Below, piece by piece: positions 1-10,024 of a stretch of DNA of 64,000 nucleotides. Where the stretch lies: NCBI GenBank assembly GCA_014728215.1, contig WJLZ01000080.1, positions 8,755 through 72,754 on the forward strand. Direction: 5' to 3'. The position numbers and the translations under genes are program-made. The stretch is from Chitinivibrionales bacterium (lineage in GTDB: Bacteria; Fibrobacterota; Chitinivibrionia; Chitinivibrionales; WJKA01). Every line of letters begins with the position of its first letter. The stretch's first letter is position 1. A model generated the notes under the pieces. That model was given only the letters and a program-made list of their open reading frames with translations. It was not told where the DNA came from and did no database searches.

Positions 1-694
1 AGACACTGTTGCTTGCTATATATGAAATAATCACAACGAAAATATAACAGGTGATAAGCGGTACTGTCGCCAGTGTATCGACACCATCGGTAAAATTCAC
101 GCCGTTGGCCAATACCGCAACAACCAGTGTCATAAACGGTACAAAGAGCCAAGCCGGAAGATAGGGAAAAATCTTTTCGACGCTGAGAAAAGGAATGGTA
201 ATATGACCATTAATATTGGGAATATACTTATAGGCAAGAATAGCAACGCCGCCTGAAATGAGAATATAAAGCGTCAATCTGAGGCTGGCAGAAATACCGT
301 CCGATTTATACTGATAGTCCTGCTTTGTTATCAGCCCTTTTGCCAGCCGCCGTTTGTTGACTATTTTGGCTATATCATCCACCGCACCGATTATACTGAA
401 AAAAGAATAAATGATAAGAGTAGATATCACATAGGAATTAAACCGGGCGGTGAGGAGGGATACCGCAATTATAATTATTAAAAAAAGAATTCCCGCCGGC
501 ATGACCGGTTCACCTTTGCCGTTTTTTTCCGGTTCCAATTCCGAACTGAAGTTGAGTTTTCGAAGGTAATTGATATAGAAGGGGAAGGTAATCATCGCGG
601 CGCCGAATGAAAGGATCGTTGCAATGCTTGTGCTGAAAAGACGGCTGTACAGCAGATAGATTTCGGTATTACGGTAAAGATATTCAATGAGCAT
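1..694 (-). CDS. mraY: MraY-family phospho-N-acetylmuramoyl-pentapeptide transferase, divergent; 3' end runs off the window
   Basis: Not in the ORF track; translated by hand from ATG at 694: MLIEYLYRNTEIYLLYSRLFSTS...IIGAVDDIAK...LANGVNFTDGVDTLATVP. It has multiple TM segments, the DD pair and the N-x-TDG-x-D motif of MraY/GT4. Confidence 0.8.
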   Translation of the reverse strand, partial: MLIEYLYRNTEIYLLYSRLFSTSIATILSFGAAMITFPFYINYLRKLNFSSELEPEKNGKGEPVMPAGILFLIIIIAVSLLTARFNSYVISTLIIYSFFSIIGAVDDIAKIVNKRRLAKGLITKQDYQYKSDGISASLRLTLYILISGGVAILAYKYIPNINGHITIPFLSVEKIFPYLPAWLFVPFMTLVVAVLANGVNFTDGVDTLATVPLITCYIFVVIISYIASNSV

Positions 695-839
695 AATTAC
701 TGATATTTTCCTGCCGGGGATAAAGAGAATGGAATGATTTTTTTTTCCTTTTGGATAGGTGATATAACATTATTACATTCAAATATATGTTTTGATATAC
801 AAGACGTTACAATTTTAGTGGCGATTTGCAGTTGGTGAT

Positions 840-1073
840 TTATTGTGTTCTCCGCAGGCTTATAAAGACTGCCGCCGCTGCTGCGATAAGTGTTATCCTC
901 GGAAGCTTGCTTTTTATCACTGGTATCAGACCTTCCCACGGAATCTGTCGGGGGCCGAAATGCAAGGGAAGTATCTCAATAAAGAAAAAGATTACAATGA
1001 TAAGAATGAAAACAACGCCGCTTCTGACAACTTTCTGTAAGGTCGAATTCGTTTTTTCTGATTCGTTGCTCAT
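840..1073 (-). CDS. Small (77 aa) two-TM membrane protein, unknown function
   Basis: Hydrophilic N-terminus followed by two hydrophobic stretches; the most protein-like of four overlapping ORFs here. Weak RBS. Confidence 0.5.
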   Translation of the reverse strand: MSNESEKTNSTLQKVVRSGVVFILIIVIFFFIEILPLHFGPRQIPWEGLIPVIKSKLPRITLIAAAAAVFISLRRTQ

Positions 1074-1247
1074 GAAATCGCTCAGGTAAATTTTTTATTG
1101 AAACGTGTCGTCAAGGACACCGTCGTGTGTCCTGTGAATTAAAGATACTTTGAGGGTGATATAGATTGAAAAACCGAATAGTATTTTTACGAGGCTGACT
1201 TGAATAAATGGCGATCATTTTTTTGAATAACGGAATATAAGATTTCA

Positions 1248-2552
1248 ATGGCAGACTGGTTACTCTCCATCCCCGCGTTCATAAAAATAGCAGTTTCATT
1301 CTTTGGTATATTACTGTTGTATCGAATGAAAATTCCGCTGGGGATTTCCATGTTTGTTAATTCTCTGGGCCTTATGATTTGGGCCGGCACCGGATTCGGC
1401 CGTGTCTTTCGTCGTTTAAGATTGCTGCTTCTTCCAGAAAATGTATTGCTTCTTATAGCGATCGTTGCGCTGATTTTTTTCACCGAGGCCCTTCGAAAGA
1501 CAGGGAAAATGCAGCGGACAATTGATGCATTAAAAGGGATATTCAAGAAGACGACCGTTCTTTATGCCGGATTTCCCGCCCTCATCGGGTTGCTTCCCAT
1601 GCCCGGAGGTGCATTGTTTTCTGCTCCTTTTGTTAAGTCGGTCGATGAAAACGATTCGTTACACTCGGCCCATAAAGTGGCGATCAATTACTGGTTCAGA
1701 CATATATGGGAATACTGGTGGCCGCTTTATCCCGGTGTGATTTTAGCAATTAAGTTTTCGCAGCTTCCTCCCGGCATCTATTTCGCCCTTCAAATCCCCT
1801 TTACTATCGTTGCGGTTGCTGCAGGATACTTTTTTATCCTTCGCTCCATTATATCAAAAAAGGTTGATAATGAAAATATCGTGTATGACACTAAGGCCGT
1901 GATGCATACGCTGGTTCCTATCGGCGCACTGGTGCTTTTTGCTGTTGCGGGGACCTGGGCAATGAAAATTCTCGGATCACCGGAATCATTGAGTAATATT
2001 CCTGCAATTCTTGCCGGATTAGGGTTTTCACTGGTCCTGGTATTTTTTAAAAAGACCGGTGCAATCATTCCAACGCTTCAGATCTTTAAACAGAAAAGTC
2101 TCTGGACAATTATTGCCGTAGTACTGGGGGTACAGCTCTATTCTGTTGCCTTGAAAACGCCCCTGGGAAAAGAGGGGATGACCCTTGTTTCGCTTATGCG
2201 TGATGAGTTTCTGGAAACCGGCATTCCGCTGGTGCTTGTGATCATGTTAGTCCCGCTTATCTCGGGTATTATTACCGGTATTGCCATGGGATTTGTAGGA
2301 GCAAGTTTTCCCCTTGTTTTTGCACTTTTAGGGGAATCACCCGAATTTAATGTAATTGCAGCAACGACCGCACTCGCCTTCGGTTTCGGTTATGTGGGCA
2401 TGTTGCTTTCACCGGTGCATATCTGTTTTATGGTCACCAACGAGTATTTCAAATCCCGGCTGATACAATCCTATCCCTGGCTGATCGGGCCTGCAGGGGT
2501 AATGATTGTGGCGACATTATGTCTGTCTGCTTTGTATTACACCGTCTTTTAG
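1248..2552 (+). CDS. DUF401-family integral membrane protein (ion-transporter superfamily-like)
   Basis: 434 aa polytopic protein with GLLPMPGGALFSAP and NYWFRHIWEYWWPLYPG motifs typical of DUF401. Confidence 0.8.
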   Translation: MADWLLSIPAFIKIAVSFFGILLLYRMKIPLGISMFVNSLGLMIWAGTGFGRVFRRLRLLLLPENVLLLIAIVALIFFTEALRKTGKMQRTIDALKGIFKKTTVLYAGFPALIGLLPMPGGALFSAPFVKSVDENDSLHSAHKVAINYWFRHIWEYWWPLYPGVILAIKFSQLPPGIYFALQIPFTIVAVAAGYFFILRSIISKKVDNENIVYDTKAVMHTLVPIGALVLFAVAGTWAMKILGSPESLSNIPAILAGLGFSLVLVFFKKTGAIIPTLQIFKQKSLWTIIAVVLGVQLYSVALKTPLGKEGMTLVSLMRDEFLETGIPLVLVIMLVPLISGIITGIAMGFVGASFPLVFALLGESPEFNVIAATTALAFGFGYVGMLLSPVHICFMVTNEYFKSRLIQSYPWLIGPAGVMIVATLCLSALYYTVF

Positions 2553-3028
2553 TGGATTCCCGCGGCTCTTTTCCCGTAATGAAGGAGAATTTCGTCGGTA
2601 TGATGGAGCCGTCGTGCAAGCTCGCGGGCAATATTGAGAATGAGAATTGAAAAAAGATTTTTGTCTCTGTCGAATATTTCCATCATGATTTTTCTCGACA
2701 AAACCAGCACCTCGATATCTTCGATGGCAACCACCGAAGCACTATGGTTCAATATTCCGATCACAGATACCTCACCAAGACATTTGCCCGCTCCAAGCTG
2801 AATGATTTCAAGTGCTTCTCTATCGATATCCAGAATAACTTTGGCCGTACCGCTGATTATAATCAGAATGTCTTTTCCCTGCTCACCTTCTCTGATAATA
2901 ACATCACCGGCGGGAAATTTCACGATTTCACATTTTTCCGCAATCCGGCTGATATTCTCTTCACCCAGACCGGCAAAGATGGTAACTTTCTTGAGGATCG
3001 GAAGAAGTTGTTCGAGAGTATAATACAT
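2549..3028 (-). CDS. Stand-alone cyclic nucleotide-binding domain protein
   Basis: GDVIIREGEQG...LGEVSVIG...HSASVVA cNMP-binding signature; no HTH follows. ATG at 3028 preferred over TTG at 3058. Confidence 0.85.
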   Translation of the reverse strand: MYYTLEQLLPILKKVTIFAGLGEENISRIAEKCEIVKFPAGDVIIREGEQGKDILIIISGTAKVILDIDREALEIIQLGAGKCLGEVSVIGILNHSASVVAIEDIEVLVLSRKIMMEIFDRDKNLFSILILNIARELARRLHHTDEILLHYGKRAAGIH

Positions 3029-3175
3029 TAAATGGCCTTTAAAGGAAATCAGGCACAAATCTTTTGTAAGATAAAATTACCTTCAGTAATTTATCAGGAT
3101 CAAGAAAAAAATATTAAACTGTTTACCCAAAAGTGTCTGAAACCATTTCAAGCTCAGGGATGTATAATGGTGCAG

Positions 3176-4492
3176 TTATTCTTTTCTCGTGATTTGGGCC
3201 CCTAAACTCTGCAACCGGATGTCGATATTCTGATATCCCCTGTCAATTTGATCGATGTTTTGTATATGACTCTGACCTTCTGCGGCAAGTGCTGCAATGA
3301 GCAGTGCCATTCCTGCACGGATATCAGGAGAACTGATTGAAGCTCCATAGAGGGGTGAAGGGCCTACGATAACTGCACGGTGAGGATCACAGAGCACGAT
3401 TTGTGCGCCCATGCTCAGCAGTTTGTCAACAAAAAACAACCGGGCTTCGAACATTTTTTCGTGAATAAGGCAGGTACCTCTGGATTGGGTTGCCACAACA
3501 AGAAGGATTGAAACCAGGTCGGCCGGAAATCCGGGCCAGGGGCTGTCTTCGATTTTTGGAATTACGCTTCCCAGATCCTTTTTTATGGTCAACGGCTGTT
3601 TTTCCGGAACATGGATCATCCGTTTTTTATAATCGTTTTCTACCACTACCCCGATTCGTTCGAATTGAAAAAGGATCATTCGCATTATTTGAGTATTGAT
3701 ATTGGTGACCGTTATAGACGATCTGGTTGCCGCCGCAAGGCCGATAAATGATGCCGCTTCAATGTAATCACTTCCCACCACATGTTCTGCAGGGGTGAAT
3801 TGATCGGTTCCGTAAACGGTCAGCATATTTGAACCGACGCCCTTTATTTTTACCCCCATTTGCTTGAGGAAATGACAGAGACCCTGTACATGGGGTTCTG
3901 ATGCTGCGTTGGCGATCGTTGTTTTACCTTTTGCCGCCGAAGCCAGGATAAGAGCATTTTCTGTCGCTGTAACAGATGCTTCATCAAGATAAATGGAAGC
4001 GCCGGTGATACCCTTTGGAGCTTCGAGGACATATGCCGTTGTTTGAAGACCCCGCTCGTCGACTTTCCGTTGTATTTTCAACTTTGCTCCGAGGTGTTCA
4101 AAAACCAGAAAATGTGTATCCAGACGTCGTCGGCCGATAGAATCACCCCCCGGTTGAGGAATAATAGCCTGGCCTGTGCGGGCAAGGAGCGCCGAAGCAA
4201 ACAGAATAGAGGCCCGTATCTGCGATGAGAGCATGAGCGGCAGTTCTGTCTTTTCAATTGAAGGAGTGTGAAGACTGATAATACCCGGCTTATTTTTTTT
4301 TACTCTGGTTCCAAGGTGTTCTGCAATTTCAAGCATGGTGCGAACATCAACAATATCAGGCGAGTTGTAAAGGGCGATCGGATCAGCGCATAACAATGAC
4401 GCCGCAATGAGAGGAAGTGCTTCATTTTTATTTCCTGTCACGCTTATTGAGCCGTGAAGCTGCTTACCACCCTCAACGATAAATTGTGCCAT
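3176..4492 (-). CDS. murA: UDP-N-acetylglucosamine 1-carboxyvinyltransferase
   Basis: GNKNEALP, RASIL, SVTATEN, PWPGFPADL, DIRAG motifs. ATG at 4492 follows a GAGGAG RBS at 4501-4506. Confidence 0.97.
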   Translation of the reverse strand: MAQFIVEGGKQLHGSISVTGNKNEALPLIAASLLCADPIALYNSPDIVDVRTMLEIAEHLGTRVKKNKPGIISLHTPSIEKTELPLMLSSQIRASILFASALLARTGQAIIPQPGGDSIGRRRLDTHFLVFEHLGAKLKIQRKVDERGLQTTAYVLEAPKGITGASIYLDEASVTATENALILASAAKGKTTIANAASEPHVQGLCHFLKQMGVKIKGVGSNMLTVYGTDQFTPAEHVVGSDYIEAASFIGLAAATRSSITVTNINTQIMRMILFQFERIGVVVENDYKKRMIHVPEKQPLTIKKDLGSVIPKIEDSPWPGFPADLVSILLVVATQSRGTCLIHEKMFEARLFFVDKLLSMGAQIVLCDPHRAVIVGPSPLYGASISSPDIRAGMALLIAALAAEGQSHIQNIDQIDRGYQNIDIRLQSLGAQITRKE

Positions 4493-4750
4493 TAACAATA
4501 CTCCTCAGGTATGATATAGTTAAATAGTGATAAATATATGTTTAATAGTAAGGATAAACAAAATTTTATGCTATCATTAACGTAGTAATAGATATTTATT
4601 TTCAGCAGGAGAATATCCGATTTCAGCACTTAATCAACCCTGGGAAAGGGGACCTTTGGCCTGAAAATCTGGATTATAAGAAGCTGTGCCAGTTTTTGGA
4701 GGATTTTGTAATATTTTTGTTCATTTTTAGAAATTTTTGATTATATTAGT

Positions 4751-4931
4751 AGATAAGCTCTGTTTCACTTGCGTATATCGCATTTTTTGACCGAACACCA
4801 TTTTTCAGGGAATTCTACTTTGGGTAGTAAGTAGAGCCGCTGCCTGCGGATTCACGAGCTATTCAAGGGAAACACCATTATATCTTGAAAAAGGGCTCAA
4901 AAAATCGGCGTAAGTTGAAGCAGGGCTCTTT
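4751..4931 (+). ncRNA. ssrS: 6S RNA
   Basis: About 180 nt rod. AGCTCTGTTTCA (4756-4767) pairs with TGAAGCAGGGCT (4916-4927), CTTGCG with CGTAAG, and ATTTTTTGA with TCAAAAAAT. It contains the 6S-like motifs TGACCGAACACCATTT..GGGA and CACC..TCTTGAA..GGGCTCAA flanking a central bubble, and ends in a T-run. Confidence 0.8.
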
Positions 4932-5103
4932 TTTTACTCCGAAGCCCGTAATTCAACAGTACATGGTCCAATAGACCATGCCATAAATCCAGTTTTTCCA
5001 ATTGATAAATATCCGCAATTGGTGATCAGTCCCCCCCTTTTATTGTCTTCTTGAGGGCAAATCAGTTATTTTTTGGTGTTCCATATACAATTACCCGCTT
5101 ATT

Positions 5104-5185
5104 GCGAGGATGGCGGAATTGGTAGACGCGCTAGACTTAGGATCTAGTAGGGCAACCTGTGGGGGTTCGATTCCCCCTTCTCGCA
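5104..5185 (+). tRNA. tRNA-Leu (anticodon TAG)
   Basis: Acceptor stem GCGAGGA/TTCTCGC, D-arm GGCGGAATTGGTAGACGC, anticodon stem CTAGA-CTTAGGA-TCTAG, long variable arm, T-loop GTTCGAT. CCA not encoded. Lies in the usual position upstream of tig. Confidence 0.97.
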
Positions 5186-5220
5186 TTGTGTGCATGATGT
5201 TTCTTTGAAGGAGGAGTTTA

Positions 5221-6483
5221 TTGAAAACCACTATTGAAAAACCCGAATCATGGAAAAGAATCCTGGATATAGAAGTGCCTGAAGATGAAATCGACAGCGC
5301 TTTTTCGGAAAAACTGGGAAACTACAAAAAGCAGGTAAAGCTTCCCGGGTTTCGAAAAGGAAAAGTTCCTCCCCATATTTTAAAGTCGAAATACGGTGAT
5401 GCAATCCGTGCCGAGGTGATAGAAAGTCTCATACAGAAATCATTTGAACAGGCCTGTCGGGAACATGAACTTACTCCGATAAGTCAGGGTAAGATCAACA
5501 AAATGAATACCGAAGAAGGCACTCCGCTTTCCTTTTCCATTGAAATGGAAGTCGATCCGGAAATACAAATCAAGGGATATGAAAAACTCAAGGTTAAAGT
5601 TTCGCCGAAAAAGATAAAGAAAGTGGATGTTGATGAAGCCATTACCAATCTTCAGGAACGGCTTGCGGAATTCGAGGATGTTGATCGGGAGTCGAAAAAA
5701 GGAGATTTTGTCACGATTGAATACGAACGGGTTGAAGTTGATGGAGAAGAGAAACCCGAAGTGACCAGTCCCCAGTATCCGATCGAGATTGGCGCCAGCC
5801 AGATCAAGGAATTTGATAAAGGCTTAACCGGATTACGCGCAGGAGACACCGCCGATATCACCGTCAAATTTCCATCCGACTATGGCGATCCCGAACTTGC
5901 AGGGAAAACCGGTAAAATGTCGGTAAAGGTGAATAAAGTCCAGGAACGAAAGCTTCCGGAGATCAATGAAGAATTTCTGAAAAAAGTGGGCGATTTTGCC
6001 GATGAGGAGGCACTTCGGGAAGCGATCCGCAACGACCTTCAGCAACGGGAAAATGAACGGGCGCGTAATGAAGCCTATAACAAAGCGATCGATACACTCA
6101 TCGATAAAAATCCCTTTGATGTACCTCCCTCGCGAGTCGAGCATTATATCGACCATGTTTATGAGGAGGCTAAGCAATACGCGGCTCAGGGAAGGCCTGT
6201 TCCTTCCCGAGAAGAAATCGAATCCCGCTACCGGGAATCGGCGGTCAAGGCGCTTAAACGGTACCGTATCATCGATTATATTGCAAAGAAAGAAAATATC
6301 AAGGCTACTCAGGAAGAGGTGGATGCCGAAATACAGAAGATCGCCGATCAGTATAATCAACCTTTCGATCAGATAAAACAGGTCTTTCGGCAGAACGGAA
6401 CAACCAACCGGATCCGGAACGATATCCGGGAACTCAAAACGCTCACATTACTTGTAAAAGACATTGAGCCGGATTCACAATAA
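5221..6483 (+). CDS. tig: Trigger factor
   Basis: PGFRKGKVP ribosome-binding motif and FKBP domain. TTG start after GGAGGAG; upstream of clpP-clpX. Confidence 0.97.
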   Translation: MKTTIEKPESWKRILDIEVPEDEIDSAFSEKLGNYKKQVKLPGFRKGKVPPHILKSKYGDAIRAEVIESLIQKSFEQACREHELTPISQGKINKMNTEEGTPLSFSIEMEVDPEIQIKGYEKLKVKVSPKKIKKVDVDEAITNLQERLAEFEDVDRESKKGDFVTIEYERVEVDGEEKPEVTSPQYPIEIGASQIKEFDKGLTGLRAGDTADITVKFPSDYGDPELAGKTGKMSVKVNKVQERKLPEINEEFLKKVGDFADEEALREAIRNDLQQRENERARNEAYNKAIDTLIDKNPFDVPPSRVEHYIDHVYEEAKQYAAQGRPVPSREEIESRYRESAVKALKRYRIIDYIAKKENIKATQEEVDAEIQKIADQYNQPFDQIKQVFRQNGTTNRIRNDIRELKTLTLLVKDIEPDSQ

Positions 6484-6537
6484 ACAACACTTTCAAGCGA
6501 AAAGAAATAAGGAAATCTATAACGAAAGGAAAAATAT

Positions 6538-7122
6538 ATGTCACTCATACCAATGGTAATTGAACAGACCGGACGAGGTGAGCGGTCGTATGATATCTAT
6601 TCCCGCTTGCTGAAAGAGCGGATCATTTTCTTGGGAAGTGAAATCACCGATCCGATTGCCGATTTGCTTATGGCACAGCTTGTTTTTCTGGAATATGAAG
6701 ATGCCGATAAGGATATTACAATTTATATCAATTCTCCCGGCGGGTATGTGTCTTCCGGATTAGCGATTTATGATACCATGCAGTATATCAAACCTGATGT
6801 CTGCACGATTTGTATCGGTCAGGCATCCAGTATGGGAGCAGTACTACTTGCCGCCGGCACCAAGGGAAAACGGTATGCGCTGCCCCATTCCCGGGTCATG
6901 CTCCATCAGCCCCTGGGCGGCGGTGGCGGACAGGCATCCGACCTTGCAATTCATGCCCGAGAAATTGTCCGGATAAAAGAAACAATCAACAATATCCTCG
7001 TCAACCATACTGCACAGAAAATCGATGTAATCCAGAAAGATACGGACCGTCATTTTTATATGGACGCAAACGAGGCAAAAGAGTATGGTATAATAGATGA
7101 GATTCTTTCATCCCGGGAATAA
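6538..7122 (+). CDS. clpP: ATP-dependent Clp protease proteolytic subunit
   Basis: [28 protein letters not shown] (catalytic Ser), MLHQP. Confidence 0.98.
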   Translation: MSLIPMVIEQTGRGERSYDIYSRLLKERIIFLGSEITDPIADLLMAQLVFLEYEDADKDITIYINSPGGYVSSGLAIYDTMQYIKPDVCTICIGQASSMGAVLLAAGTKGKRYALPHSRVMLHQPLGGGGGQASDLAIHAREIVRIKETINNILVNHTAQKIDVIQKDTDRHFYMDANEAKEYGIIDEILSSRE

Positions 7123-7143
7123 AAAACACATGGAGCCTGTACA

Positions 7144-8400
7144 ATGAATACAAAGGCCAAATATCCAAAAATCAAGTGCTCTTTCTGCGGTAAGGGCACT
7201 GATGGCGTCGACAGAATGATAACCGGCCCGTCGGTCCATATCTGCAACGATTGCGTTGAAATGTGCAATGAAATCCTGCGAGAAGACAAGGCAACAATTG
7301 CCGACGGCCTCTCCTGGGATACGCTTCCGACTCCCCTTGAATTAAAAGAGTTTATCGACCAGTATGTGATCGGTCAGGATAGCGTGAAAAGGGGGGTATG
7401 CGTTGCCGCATATAACCATTTCAAGCGTGTTCTGTCCAGAGCCGCGAAGGATAAAAGCGATGTTGAAATCGATAAAGCCAATATCCTCATGATCGGCCCT
7501 ACCGGGACGGGAAAAACATTGATCGCTCAAACGCTGGCCAAACTGCTGAAAGTTCCTTTTACCATTGTCGATGCGACCATCTTTACCGAGGCCGGATATG
7601 TGGGTGAAGATGTCGAGAATATGCTGGTAAGACTTCTTCAGGTGGCAAATTACGATGTTGCCGGTGCCGAAAAAGGGATTATCTACATTGATGAATTCGA
7701 TAAGATTGCCCGTAAATCCGCGAATCCTTCGATAACCCGTGATGTTTCCGGGGAAGGTGTTCAGCAGGCGATGCTGAAAATTCTTGAAGGCACTGTTGCA
7801 TCAGTTCCGCCTAAGGGCGGACGGAAACATCCCGAACAGAACCTGGTGCAGATAAATACACGGGATATCCTTTTTATCTGCGGTGGTGCGTTTGTAGGAC
7901 TGGAAAATATTATCGAACGACGGCTTAATGAGAGCCGGATGGGATTTAATGCCGAGGTGCGGGGTAAAAAATCGATGAAAATCGGCGATACGCTGAGAAA
8001 AGTAGAGCCCGACGATCTTATCGAATTCGGTATGATTCCCGAGCTGGTTGGACGGGTACCGGCAATGTTCGGCATGGATGAGCTTGATGAAGATGCATTG
8101 CTCGAGATCCTGACCCGGCCCAGAAATGCGCTGACAAAACAGTATCAGAAGCTGTTTTCCATGGAGAGAGTCAGATTGACATTTGCCCGTGAAGCTTTAC
8201 GGGAAATCGTCAGGATCGCGCAACGGAAAGGAACCGGCGCCCGTGGTCTTCGTAATGTGCTGGAAAGGGTGCTCGGACCGATCATGTTCGATATCCCCTC
8301 ACGAAAAGACATTAAGGAATGTCTGGTTACCCGTGATGTTGTTCGAGAGAAAAAAGAGCCGACCTACAGTTTTATTAAAGGCCAGAAAAAAATTGCCTGA
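7144..8400 (+). CDS. clpX: ATP-dependent Clp protease ATP-binding subunit
   Basis: N-terminal CSFCGK...CNDC zinc finger, GPTGTGKT Walker A, IYIDEFDK Walker [11 protein letters not shown]. Confidence 0.98.
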   Translation: MNTKAKYPKIKCSFCGKGTDGVDRMITGPSVHICNDCVEMCNEILREDKATIADGLSWDTLPTPLELKEFIDQYVIGQDSVKRGVCVAAYNHFKRVLSRAAKDKSDVEIDKANILMIGPTGTGKTLIAQTLAKLLKVPFTIVDATIFTEAGYVGEDVENMLVRLLQVANYDVAGAEKGIIYIDEFDKIARKSANPSITRDVSGEGVQQAMLKILEGTVASVPPKGGRKHPEQNLVQINTRDILFICGGAFVGLENIIERRLNESRMGFNAEVRGKKSMKIGDTLRKVEPDDLIEFGMIPELVGRVPAMFGMDELDEDALLEILTRPRNALTKQYQKLFSMERVRLTFAREALREIVRIAQRKGTGARGLRNVLERVLGPIMFDIPSRKDIKECLVTRDVVREKKEPTYSFIKGQKKIA

Positions 8401-8414
8401 AAAAGGAGACGTGT

Positions 8415-8966
8415 ATGATTAGATCGTCCCTTCGTGTTACCGCCGGTATAGTCTTGCTCTGTTGCCTGGTTGGTGCCGGTGTTATTGCCCGGTCATCGGG
8501 AAAACTTCCGGTGCCTCCCTTCGCAAACGGCGGTATCACCAGCCTCTGGGCACATGATCATGAGTATATTCAAAAAGAATTTGGAGAATTTGAACTCCTC
8601 TCCTACGGGAATATCGATTATCGGGTCGAAAAAAACGGTGTCACCGATACAACCTGGAAAGTGGTTGCCATGGGCAACTACCTGCAGGAGGGCATACAAT
8701 TTGCAACCCTGGCACGATTAAAAAATCGTACCGACGGTATTCTGCTCATTATGTTTGACTGGGCTGAAATAGGAGATTCTCCTCAGACCAATGGTGTGTT
8801 CTATCATTCCTTTATCGGCAAAGAATCGCTTCTGATCCGGACAAAACAATCTTCCTCCGGCACCGACACTCTCGAATTTTCCTGCGCCGATACAGAGCGC
8901 CTTTGCGGAAAATGCTATTTCGATTCAACAAGCAATCAGATGCTTTTGAAAATGGTGGGGAAATAA
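8415..8966 (+). CDS. Hypothetical exported or membrane-anchored protein (183 aa)
   Basis: RBS AGGAGA before ATG and an N-terminal hydrophobic segment; no recognisable domain. Confidence 0.7.
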   Translation: MIRSSLRVTAGIVLLCCLVGAGVIARSSGKLPVPPFANGGITSLWAHDHEYIQKEFGEFELLSYGNIDYRVEKNGVTDTTWKVVAMGNYLQEGIQFATLARLKNRTDGILLIMFDWAEIGDSPQTNGVFYHSFIGKESLLIRTKQSSSGTDTLEFSCADTERLCGKCYFDSTSNQMLLKMVGK

Positions 8967-8989
8967 GCGAAACAACCGCAAGCAATCTT

Positions 8990-9973
8990 TTAATCTAAAA
9001 GCATGGATACAATTTCGTTAGCCGAAATATTTTCGGTTTCTGCGTGAAAGGACCGTATCAGGCGATGGCGCAGAACCGGCGGTGCGGCACGCTTGATATC
9101 CGATATGTCGGGAGTCGGGCGACCCTCAAGAGCCGCATATGCCTTGGCGGCCAGAATCAGATACTGGGATGCCCGGGGACCCGCTCCCCAAGTAAGAAGA
9201 TTCCTGATTTTATCAGAACAGGCTTCATCATCAGGACGGGAGCGGCGGACAAGCGAGACAGCAAATTCAATAACAGAATCGGCGGCAGGAACGCGGCGGA
9301 CAAGCTCCTGAAACCTTTTGATATCATCGGCCTTCATCTGAGGGGTCAGTGAAATCTCCTGGATGCGGGTCGTCGCCTTTACAATTTCAACTTCCGATGC
9401 ATATTCCGGGTAATTGACCTCAATTGAAAACATGAACCGGTCCTGCTGGGCTTCGGGAAGCGGATAGGTACCTTCCTGCTCGATGGGATTTTGCGTTGCC
9501 AGAACCCAGAAGGGTGAGGGGAGGGGAAAGGTTTTGCCCCCCGAGGTGATTTCGTGTTCCTGCATCGCCTGAAGGAGCGCCGATTGAGTTTTGGGAGGCG
9601 TCCGGTTTATTTCATCGGCCAGAAGAATGTTGGTGAACACCGGTCCGTTTACAAATCGAAACTCGCGGTGCCCGGTGGTCCTGTCTTCATAAAGAATTTC
9701 GGAACCGGTGATATCGGAGGGCATCAGATCCGGTGTGAATTGAACTCTGTTGAATACGCAATCAAGCGATTCCGCCAGACTTTGCACCAGCATTGTTTTG
9801 GCCAGGCCGGGCACACCAATGAGCAGGCAATGACCTCCGGCAAGAAAGCATGCCAGAAGGTCATCAATAACATCATTCTGACCCACGATTTTTTTGCTCA
9901 GTTCGGCTTTTATTTTTGTGTGCGCTTCGGAACAGCTCTCAATCAAAGCAACATCATTCGTATTCGTCGTCAT
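8990..9973 (-). CDS. moxR: MoxR-family AAA+ ATPase
   Basis: GVPGLAKT, RVQFTPDLMPSDITG, LLADEINRTPPKTQSALL, ATQNPIEQEGTYPLPEAQQDRF. Confidence 0.95.
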   Translation of the reverse strand: MTTNTNDVALIESCSEAHTKIKAELSKKIVGQNDVIDDLLACFLAGGHCLLIGVPGLAKTMLVQSLAESLDCVFNRVQFTPDLMPSDITGSEILYEDRTTGHREFRFVNGPVFTNILLADEINRTPPKTQSALLQAMQEHEITSGGKTFPLPSPFWVLATQNPIEQEGTYPLPEAQQDRFMFSIEVNYPEYASEVEIVKATTRIQEISLTPQMKADDIKRFQELVRRVPAADSVIEFAVSLVRRSRPDDEACSDKIRNLLTWGAGPRASQYLILAAKAYAALEGRPTPDISDIKRAAPPVLRHRLIRSFHAETENISANEIVSMLLD

Positions 9974-10024
9974 TATACCTCCGGTATTACTGAAAATCTT
10001 CTGCAGGTCCCCGGCTGAACCGGT

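Noticed and set aside
697-939. 80-aa minus-strand ORF ending 2 nt before mraY
   Set aside because: It overlaps the more plausible membrane ORF 840-1073, runs through AT-rich promoter-like sequence, and has no RBS or motif.
1105-1132. Mutually exclusive hairpins GTGTC/GACAC and GGACAC/GTGTCC between divergent genes
   Set aside because: The stems are only 5-6 bp, with no terminator or RBS overlap to give a switch a function; compatible with chance.
5104-5185. tRNA-Leu as an integration site for an island or prophage
   Set aside because: It is directly followed by the conserved tig-clpP-clpX; no integrase or duplicated tRNA 3' end was seen in the window.
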